From NCBI GenBank assembly GCA_964615975.1, contig CAZTTH010000008.1, positions 13,814-77,813 on the forward strand: 64,000 bases of DNA. The letters are read 5' to 3'. This DNA comes from an uncultured Lentisphaerales bacterium (GTDB taxonomy: Bacteria > Verrucomicrobiota > Lentisphaeria > JABSQK01 > JAJFLO01). The position numbers and the translations under genes were made by a program. Position 1 is the first letter of the stretch; every line of letters starts with the position of its first letter. The notes beneath the pieces were generated by a model. The model made no database searches and was not told where the DNA came from. It worked only from the letters and a program-made list of their open reading frames with translations. Positions 9,068-15,777 of the stretch are shown here, piece by piece.

Positions 9068-9858
9068 TTATCCTTCCTCCCCCAGAATTTTTTTTGGATA
9101 TTAATATCAGTAAAATCGCAAAATCCATAAACAATCCATTCATGCGCCAGGTCAAACCACTCCTCCATACGCTTATAACTGACGTCTCCACCCAAACCTT
9201 TAGCTGATAATTCGAGAATGTAAATAGGACTACCGTCCGTTTGTCTTTGACTAAAGCTCAAGCTTACCGTCAGTCGTCCAAAATCTTCAGGTAATGTAAA
9301 GATACCTCTCCATGCGTTTGATTCTGGTCCCGGCAGGAATCGGTCTTCATTTCGCCAAATCAAATCGGGGGCGAAATTTCCAACTTCTGCCGGCGTTTGC
9401 CATATGTCACCTATAGGTATGTGGTTGATGTAAGACAGTTCGCATTTCTGAATGTTGGGCTTGGGTATTTCTTGTTCGGAGAGAAAGGTACAAAATTCCT
9501 TAAGTTGATTCCAAAATTCGTTAATGACATTGGAATATCGCGGATAGGTTTCGTCACCTGTGATCCGCCGCCAATTAAACACGAAACAATTTCTCTGAAT
9601 TTGGATCAGCGATGTTTGGGTTGAGTTCAATAACCAAACACGCGGCCATGGCAGATCGTTCTCTGGGTCTAATGGTAAAAGTGGTTGTGCATGTTCACAA
9701 TGGGGATATCGCTCCTGAATTCTATCCCAATAACGTCCAATATGAGGAAGTTTGAATCCCGCCAATGATTTAAAATAAACACCAGCCACCACCTCATTGA
9801 TAGGCGGAGTTTCAAAATCCGGTAATTGTGTTTGTATGTCTTTTTTGTTTTTCTTCAT
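9064..9858 (-). CDS. TIGR04255-like uncharacterised protein (264 aa), first gene of a three-gene operon
   Basis: The N-terminal PPINEVVAGVYF, the length and the overall pattern resemble the TIGR04255 family as I recall it. Assigned from memory, not from a search. Confidence 0.55.
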   Translation of the reverse strand: MKKNKKDIQTQLPDFETPPINEVVAGVYFKSLAGFKLPHIGRYWDRIQERYPHCEHAQPLLPLDPENDLPWPRVWLLNSTQTSLIQIQRNCFVFNWRRITGDETYPRYSNVINEFWNQLKEFCTFLSEQEIPKPNIQKCELSYINHIPIGDIWQTPAEVGNFAPDLIWRNEDRFLPGPESNAWRGIFTLPEDFGRLTVSLSFSQRQTDGSPIYILELSAKGLGGDVSYKRMEEWFDLAHEWIVYGFCDFTDINIQKKFWGRKDK

Positions 9859-9969
9859 TGATTTATCCTTATGTTTTTGGGTCTAACCAATTTCATATAT
9901 AACATTAACAAAATTAAGATAGACAATTCAATCCGTCTGAGGTCTGTATTTTACCCACACTGACCAAAA

Positions 9970-10125
9970 TCACCTGTCCTTTGCCCTGTCGAGTTTATAG
10001 AAGATCAGTGCCAATCTTGCCAGGTTAACCTGCAAATCAAATGCTGTCGTCTGAACTGCTTTCTGCTCATCGCCAGTCAGGCGTGCAAGGCTATCGGTGA
10101 AGGTGGCGGCGATACGGAATTCCAT
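9970..10125 (-). pseudogene. 5' fragment of a second, diverged helicase allele (N-terminal 33 codons, then unrelated sequence and a stop)
   Basis: nt 10030-10125 align without gaps to nt 7767-7862, with 84/96 identical by hand count. It translates to MEFRIAATFTDSLARLTGDEQKAVQTTAFDLQV, versus MNFRIAATFTDSLARLTGDEQKAVKTTAFDLQM in the helicase. Confidence 0.85.
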
Positions 10126-10242
10126 TTCTTATTTCTAAACTTATTTATTTTATTTATAAATTTTTATTTTCAAAACAAGCGTTTTTGCAATGAGTTATGA
10201 TTTTCTTATAAATATTTTTTTATTAAAATCGCTGTTTTATTT

Positions 10243-11898
10243 CTAAATAAGATGCCATTTCGGGTATTTTCGCGATCCTTCATTCCGGATTAAGTCCTCC
10301 CTTGCCATCGACTGAATCAGGTTAGTTACTTTGTTACGTTTCCGATCATCATCCAGGACATCAGATAATTTGCTGAATAAGAGCTTATCGATATCCTGGC
10401 GTGTGGCATGGCCATACTTCCGAATGAATTCCAGAATCATCTGCTTGTAATGTGCATCGTCGAAAGCGCGGTTTTTTATATACTGTGCTTTATCTCCAGT
10501 GGCCGAGGCGATATGCGCTGCCACGTATAGATTGGGATAACGGCCTTCAATAAGTTTATCATTTCGTAGCATATTCGCTTCATCTTTGGATACTGCTTGT
10601 CGTTTCTGAATTCGGTCTAATAAAATCACTTTGCTCAGCGGCAAATCTTTCTGATCCATAAGCATGACGGTGTAATTAGGGTCAATCACCTGGCCATGTA
10701 TGGTTACGATTACTTTACCCGGTGTCGATAGATTGAAATCGGGTAACGGATAAAATCGCTTGCGTTGCTCCTGGAACATCCGTCGAATGCCATATCCCAT
10801 GGTATCGATCATATTCACATTCACCATGGCGTCTGCGAGAAAACGATTACGATAGCGCTCTGGGGTCTTTTCCCGCAACGTATAATCCTCAAGCCCACCT
10901 TCGAAAAAATCTCCCGCACTCTCAAATACCAAACGATCAGGTCGCTCCGCGACAATTATCCGCGCTTGCTGGCGGTAATCCTGATGGGCAATCGCATTAT
11001 GCATTGCTTCCAGTACCACCCATTTTTCATACTTGGGGACTTCAAATGGAACCAGTTGACCGGGGACATCAAGCTTTTGCATGGTATTACGAATCCGGGC
11101 ATAACATTCACTGGTAGTCAGGAGAAATGGCGGACTGAAGTGTTCGTATGCCTGTTCCGTTCCTTCCAGTTTCCAGGTGATTTGCGCTACTGCCGGTTCC
11201 AGATGATAAGCCGCTTCTTCTCGCCCCAGCAACAGCAGACATGCACGGGTAATCGCGCCGTTCTTTGTCAATTTGGCTTTATCCAGCAATGTCGTATTCG
11301 ACCATGAATCAATCTCTCCGGCAAAGTACTTGTTTCGATTTTTATCACGAAAGTTCCGCCGAGCCGCCACGATTGCCTCCGAATTCAAGTCGTCAATAGT
11401 GGCTTGTGAACAGATTTCTGCTGACCAATCATCAAGCACTGCTTGTGACCGAATCTGCTCCAACTCATGAAGACTTAAGGCGACCAGCGACTCCCCATCG
11501 CGACCATACCAATGCCCTTTGAAGGAGACCGGCAACCCGGGCGGCGCCGCGGGAACCTGAAACATAATGACCCGGCCAGCGGCATGATACGCAATGTGAA
11601 TATCGATAAAACTCATGCGATTGGTTTGATTGGCAATTTCATGTTTAAGGCTATTCAAATAGTCTGCTTTGTCGCGATAACGACTCCCACAAATGCTCCG
11701 ATCATCATTGGCGATGCCGAACACCAGCCAGCCACAGGGTTGATGCTTGAGGTTTGCTTCATTCGCCAACGCTGAAAAATATTGCCCCAGTTTATCGAAG
11801 GAGAAATCATTTTTCGCTTCTTTGAACTCCACCCATTCCGTTTCATGGGGAAGCTGTCGTAGTTCATCAAGTTTATCAAGTAATTGCTGATTCGTCAT
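10243..11898 (-). CDS. AlbA_2/Schlafen-like (divergent AAA) DNA/RNA-binding protein with a RecG-C-terminal-like ATPase/wHTH region
   Basis: ETEWVEFKEAKNDFSFDKLGQYFSALANE is the hallmark N-terminus of the AlbA_2 family. The start overlaps the mod stop by 4 nt. Confidence 0.75.
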   Translation of the reverse strand: MTNQQLLDKLDELRQLPHETEWVEFKEAKNDFSFDKLGQYFSALANEANLKHQPCGWLVFGIANDDRSICGSRYRDKADYLNSLKHEIANQTNRMSFIDIHIAYHAAGRVIMFQVPAAPPGLPVSFKGHWYGRDGESLVALSLHELEQIRSQAVLDDWSAEICSQATIDDLNSEAIVAARRNFRDKNRNKYFAGEIDSWSNTTLLDKAKLTKNGAITRACLLLLGREEAAYHLEPAVAQITWKLEGTEQAYEHFSPPFLLTTSECYARIRNTMQKLDVPGQLVPFEVPKYEKWVVLEAMHNAIAHQDYRQQARIIVAERPDRLVFESAGDFFEGGLEDYTLREKTPERYRNRFLADAMVNVNMIDTMGYGIRRMFQEQRKRFYPLPDFNLSTPGKVIVTIHGQVIDPNYTVMLMDQKDLPLSKVILLDRIQKRQAVSKDEANMLRNDKLIEGRYPNLYVAAHIASATGDKAQYIKNRAFDDAHYKQMILEFIRKYGHATRQDIDKLLFSKLSDVLDDDRKRNKVTNLIQSMAREDLIRNEGSRKYPKWHLI

Positions 11899-14800
11899 GG
11901 GTTCACCCGGAATACCTTCATTACCTCGTCTCCAAGATGGTTGATTACTTTGATGGCGATGCGGCCGGACTTCGGCTTCTCGAATGGGCGGGAGGTGTCA
12001 CTGTTCAGAGTGGCCCAGGCGTCGGCGTTGATCTCGGCTTTGAGAGTGGTCTTGAGGGCGCTGTAGGGATCGTTGGCGCCAAGGAAATATGCATGGCGGA
12101 CAAAGAAGCTTTCTTCATTGTAATCGGTGTCGATGAACCAGCAGGCAATGCCATCGGTATTGCAGCTTTCTACTTCACCGGTTTGGGGTTTGAAGACATC
12201 CACTCCATTTACAGTGACCTGGAAATAGTGGCGAGTGGTCAGGGGAGAGTGGATAGCGATTTGATCAATGCGTTTAGCATTTTGTTGATCTTGGCACAAT
12301 TGTTCAATAAGTTTTCGCAGTCCTTCCTGGAAAGAAGTTCCAGCCTTTCGGACAAGATCAGAAAGGTTTCCAACTCCGCCAGCGATCCCCGCGCAATGCC
12401 AAGCGATTGTAGAAACTCCCCCGTGCTCCTGCGGGCCTGCCCTTCGGCGATGTTTGCCGGGACGGAGGTCACTGCCCGTCGCATTTGTGATGTAATCCCA
12501 TATCTCTCGGCGGCAGGAAAGCTGCGCGTAATCGCGTAGGTCTGCACCGCCAAGTCGATTGATTTCTGCCAGACTATTAACTCCCGATATGAGCTTATAG
12601 ATTTCATAAGGTGCTATTCTCCTTTCTGAACTATCCACTAACCACTCTTCACTTGCCACTTCAATATCAGGTTCCCCGAATATCACAAACAAGTTGCCTT
12701 TGCCGGTGTTCTTGAGATCTTCAGCCATGTGGAGGTCGGCGTTCATGCGGGCTTTGAGCACTGGGATGCGGCCCAGCTTCTTGAATTCGGTGGTGTGCGC
12801 TTCGTAGTTAAAAGCGCAGACGATCAAGACATCAAACCCGGCATCGCCGGCTTCGCGGGCGGCGGCGACGAGATCGGCGCGCTGGACGGTGCCGAACTCG
12901 GGGCCGATGAAGATTCCAGCACGGATTTCCGTGCCGGAATCAGTGGATAGTGAGGAGTGGTTAATGGCATATTTTTCTTGTTGATCACCCTTCACTAACC
13001 ACTCACCACTTGCTTCAAACCGCCCTTCGGCGCAGACCAATTCGCCCGGCCAGGGAACCAACGAGGTGAAAGTGATCCGATCCTCCTTGTGCGCCTGCTG
13101 CACCCCTGCGGTCTTGAGGTTTTCCAGAACCATCTGGGGGAATGACTGCTTTCCATATTCGACACCGCCTTCCAACATGGTGTCGATCAATTCGTCGTCC
13201 TCGTCGACCCCGAGCACACGATGAGGTGAAAGACTCTCCACGGTGAAGGGACCGGCGACGCGGACTGTCTTCTTGTCCTCATAGGGTTTGTCGTAGAGAT
13301 ATTCGACATCAGCCTTGGCGGAAATCGACGCATCAATTTCCTTTTGGCGGGCAATTCGTTTGTGCCACCAGTCGGAATGCAGCTTCAGAATGTGGGACAG
13401 ACATTCTTGTCTGTCTTTAGGGGGGAGTTTGGCGGTGGAAGAAGCAGACAGGAATGTCTGCTCCACACTGGCAGATTCGCGCGGAATTTCCCATTCTTCC
13501 CATTTCATATTAAGCGCGGTATTGAGCTCTGCTCGAAGAAATTCCAGCTCTGGTTGGAATTTCTCCCAGATAACATCGATCTCGGCGTTGTTGGCGATGG
13601 ACTTGAGCGTGATGTGTGGCACACGTTCATAGACGAAGCCGTGGCGGATGTTCCCCTGCACCGGTTGCGAACTTGGGGCGGTGCGAGTGACTTCGGCTTC
13701 CTTGAGCTGACCTTCAATGGAATCGACTAGTAGGTAAAAGGGATACCGTGCGCCCATGATGCGAGCACGGGCCAATGCCAGCGCCACGCGTGAGGTGTCG
13801 ATCGTGATCCAACGGCGCCCCCATTGCTCGGCGACGGTGGCGGTGGTACCAGAACCGCAGGTCGGGTCAAGTACGAGGTCACCGGGATCGGTGGCCAAGA
13901 GAAGGCATCGTTTTATTGCTTCTGTAGCAGTCTGAACGACAAAAATCTTTGGATCTGCACGGCTTTGAATGCCCCCGATATCATCCCAGACGTTTGAAAG
14001 TGTATGAACGGGAAAATCTTCAATGTAGCGAACGTAATTTAATATCTGCTTGCTCGGAGAAATACGATTTGCCAATTCGAGTCTGGCCATGCCATTGGGT
14101 GTTGTCTTCCAACTGCCTTGGTGTTCGCAGTTTCGTAGTGTCACTAACACTACTGGGTTTGCTTCTGACGTTGTCTTGTCGAGACGGAAAATTCGTGACG
14201 CGGGCGGGAAGGCATCAGGGAATTTTTCACTCGCTTGTTTTAGTGTAATTCTTGTTCCATCTGGTAGTTCGACTCCGTTGTATTTTGTGCCGCCATGTTC
14301 TCCTGGTCTCTTCTCGGCGTACAGATGCCGTGCTTTCGCATGGGTCTTATGCTTTGCGAACCAGAGAATGAAATCGCATTTGTTATTCACGAAGTCTTGA
14401 ACAAGACCTCCTGTCTTTACGAATGTGATTTGGCTGACACAATTCTCTTCTCCGAAGACCTCATCCATCACTGCCCGGACACGGTGAACATTTTCATCGC
14501 CGATCTGGACGAAGATGGAGCCGGAATCTGTTAACAAGTCACGGGCCACTGTCAACCGGTCCCGCAGGTAGGTAAGGTAGCTATGGATGCCTTCGCGCCA
14601 GGTATCGCGAAAGGCTTTAACTTGTTCGGGTTCACGTGTAATATGATCAACCTTGCCGTCCTTCACATCACGGCTGGTGGTGGACCACTGGAAATTGCTA
14701 TTGAACTTGATGCCATAAGGCGGATCGATATAGATGCACTGCACCTTGCCGCGCAACCCCTCGCGCTCGGCCAGGCTGGCCATGACCTGGAGGGAGTCGC

Positions 14801-15230
14801 CGAGGATCATGCGGTTGGACCAATTCTGATCGTGTTGATAGAACTCAGTCTTGTCCACGCCCTGAGGAATGCCATTAAAATCCGCGAATAAGTCTGGCTG
14901 CCACGATTCGGTGGAGTGATTAGTGGATAGTGAAGAGTGGCGCAGTAGATCGTCAATCAATACCTTGGGGTGAATTTTCTCCTGAATGTATAACGGCGGG
15001 GCATGGACAACGAGATCGCTCCAGTCCTGTTCATCCTTGCCGCGCCAAACGAGTTGGGGATCGAGATCGGTGTTGCGGGGATAACGCACCTGCTTGGGGT
15101 TCTGCTGCTCCTTCTCCAGCACCGACTGGTATTCGGCGGTGGGAATGTTCTTGCGCGTCGCGTCGTCGTGCTTGAGTGTTTCGACTGTCTTGGTTTTATT
15201 GTTTGCATTGGCCATGTTATTAAATCCCAA
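11895..15230 (-). CDS. mod: type III-like N6-adenine DNA methyltransferase (Mod), 1111 codons including several in-frame insertions
   Basis: IYIDPPYGIKFNSNFQ (motif IV, DPPY), LVLDPTCGSGTTATVAEQWGRRWITID (motif I), and the conserved C-terminus CWFIDTDYNEESFFVRHAYFLG...IAIKVINHLGDEVMKVF. Confidence 0.85.
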   Translation of the reverse strand: MGFNNMANANNKTKTVETLKHDDATRKNIPTAEYQSVLEKEQQNPKQVRYPRNTDLDPQLVWRGKDEQDWSDLVVHAPPLYIQEKIHPKVLIDDLLRHSSLSTNHSTESWQPDLFADFNGIPQGVDKTEFYQHDQNWSNRMILGDSLQVMASLAEREGLRGKVQCIYIDPPYGIKFNSNFQWSTTSRDVKDGKVDHITREPEQVKAFRDTWREGIHSYLTYLRDRLTVARDLLTDSGSIFVQIGDENVHRVRAVMDEVFGEENCVSQITFVKTGGLVQDFVNNKCDFILWFAKHKTHAKARHLYAEKRPGEHGGTKYNGVELPDGTRITLKQASEKFPDAFPPASRIFRLDKTTSEANPVVLVTLRNCEHQGSWKTTPNGMARLELANRISPSKQILNYVRYIEDFPVHTLSNVWDDIGGIQSRADPKIFVVQTATEAIKRCLLLATDPGDLVLDPTCGSGTTATVAEQWGRRWITIDTSRVALALARARIMGARYPFYLLVDSIEGQLKEAEVTRTAPSSQPVQGNIRHGFVYERVPHITLKSIANNAEIDVIWEKFQPELEFLRAELNTALNMKWEEWEIPRESASVEQTFLSASSTAKLPPKDRQECLSHILKLHSDWWHKRIARQKEIDASISAKADVEYLYDKPYEDKKTVRVAGPFTVESLSPHRVLGVDEDDELIDTMLEGGVEYGKQSFPQMVLENLKTAGVQQAHKEDRITFTSLVPWPGELVCAEGRFEASGEWLVKGDQQEKYAINHSSLSTDSGTEIRAGIFIGPEFGTVQRADLVAAAREAGDAGFDVLIVCAFNYEAHTTEFKKLGRIPVLKARMNADLHMAEDLKNTGKGNLFVIFGEPDIEVASEEWLVDSSERRIAPYEIYKLISGVNSLAEINRLGGADLRDYAQLSCRREIWDYITNATGSDLRPGKHRRRAGPQEHGGVSTIAWHCAGIAGGVGNLSDLVRKAGTSFQEGLRKLIEQLCQDQQNAKRIDQIAIHSPLTTRHYFQVTVNGVDVFKPQTGEVESCNTDGIACWFIDTDYNEESFFVRHAYFLGANDPYSALKTTLKAEINADAWATLNSDTSRPFEKPKSGRIAIKVINHLGDEVMKVFRVNP
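12227..12660 (-). mobile_element. IVS-like cassette inside mod: a four-helix-bundle gene bounded by 30-nt imperfect inverted repeats
   Basis: The arms at 12227-12256 (agtggcgagtggtcaggggagagtggatag) and 12631-12660 (ctatccactaaccactcttcacttgccact) are reverse-complementary at 23/30 positions by hand count. They enclose the ORF 12239-12607. Confidence 0.55.
12239..12607 (-). CDS. four-helix-bundle protein (23S rRNA intervening-sequence protein / Avd-like family), nested in mod in a different frame
   Basis: YRELIVWQKSIDLAVQTYAITRSFPAAERYGITSQMRRAVTSVPANIAEGQAR...GSLAELETFLILS is the classic family signature. It has its own AAGGAG Shine-Dalgarno about 11 nt upstream of the ATG. Confidence 0.8.
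   Translation of the reverse strand: MKSISSYRELIVWQKSIDLAVQTYAITRSFPAAERYGITSQMRRAVTSVPANIAEGQARRSTGEFLQSLGIARGSLAELETFLILSERLELLSRKDCENLLNNCAKINKMLNALIKSLSTLP
12942..13013. repeat. 'empty' hairpin made of the same AGTGG/CCACT arm family, in frame within mod
   Basis: agtggatagtgaggagtggttaatgg, a ~19-nt loop, then ttcactaaccactcaccacttgc. The right arm is near-identical to 12636-12657. Confidence 0.6.
13396..13461. repeat. pair of short perfect palindromic hairpins inside mod coding sequence
   Basis: GACAGACA-ttct-TGTCTGTC (13396-13415) and GCAGACA-ggaa-TGTCTGC (13444-13461). Same hairpin family as 15410-15429. Confidence 0.7.
14911..14940. repeat. solo arm of the AGTGG repeat family within the 5' part of mod
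   Basis: gtggagtgattagtggatagtgaagagtgg. The stretch agtggatagtgaagagtgg matches 12942-12960 at 18/19. Confidence 0.55.
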
Positions 15231-15331
15231 AATCAGGTTGTTGTCTACATTTATTCGGCCCGCTAATCACGCAAAACACACGAATGTTCAGTTCTCAGTT
15301 AAGAATGAAGGCTGATTTGCTTGGATTGAAT

Positions 15332-15365
15332 ATTCGTGTCGTTCGTCTGATTCGTGGTTAAATTT
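15332..15365 (+). repeat. three 9-nt direct repeats (ATTCGTGTC GTTCGTCTG ATTCGTGGT) followed by TAAATTT
   Basis: Read directly. It is related to 26662-26718, with the same ATYCGTGT start and GATYCGTGGTTAAATTT end. Confidence 0.6.
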
Positions 15366-15376
15366 GAACGGTGGTG

Positions 15377-15436
15377 AACGGAGGGCGGGTTTTCCAACCC
15401 GCCAAACAAGGCGGACAGGAATGTCCGCCCTCCGTT
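15377..15436. repeat. REP-like double-hairpin element with an alternative 12-bp outer stem
   Basis: GGCGGGTT-ttcc-AACCCGCC (15384-15403) and GGCGGACA-ggaa-TGTCCGCC (15410-15429). The outer stem AACGGAGGGCGG (15377-15388) pairs perfectly with CCGCCCTCCGTT (15425-15436). Confidence 0.7.
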
Positions 15437-15473
15437 ATCCTCAAAATCGATACCTGAGTTGTTACAATATATT

Positions 15474-15707
15474 TTATATTTTGCCATCGCGTTTCAATTC
15501 GATAATCATGTCCTCAAACGAAACTAATGGTTCATCCGCGCGCATATCGAAGGCGGCTAAATCCTCTGTATCCTCCGCCAGCGACAATATTACCGCTTCA
15601 TTAACGAGGTCGGACATCGATCTTGATGTATCAATGGACTTTTGCTGTAATGCTTTATGAATATCCGGTTTTAGGTAAATAGTGGAACGTTTTGATAATA
15701 CTGTCAT
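15474..15707 (-). CDS. ribbon-helix-helix (CopG/ParD-like) antitoxin, now orphaned
   Basis: STIYLKPDIHKALQQKSIDTSRSMSDLVNEAVILSLAEDTEDLAAFDMRADEP is typical of RHH antitoxins that pair with RelE/ParE toxins. Confidence 0.65.
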   Translation of the reverse strand: MTVLSKRSTIYLKPDIHKALQQKSIDTSRSMSDLVNEAVILSLAEDTEDLAAFDMRADEPLVSFEDMIIELKRDGKI

Positions 15708-15777
15708 ATGATAACCTCCATGATTTTATTGATTGAACAATTATAACGTTACATTACCAATCGTGGAATGAAAAATT

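Larger units (their letters stand above)
15299..15487 (-). pseudogene. remnant of a RelE/ParE-type toxin gene (about 7 authentic codons), the rest replaced by repeat elements
   Basis: The ATG overlaps the antitoxin 3' end by 14 nt, the usual TA layout. MAKYKIY resembles toxin N-termini. The remaining 'ORF' runs through the palindromic element 15377-15436. Confidence 0.35.

Noticed and set aside
11937-12539. 200-aa plus-strand ORF antisense to mod and to the nested four-helix-bundle gene.
   Set aside because: It is a shadow ORF opposite strongly supported minus-strand genes and carries no motifs. Other long antisense ORFs look the same: 3950-4552, 19881-20657, 43500-44171, 45781-46383 and 53069-53779.
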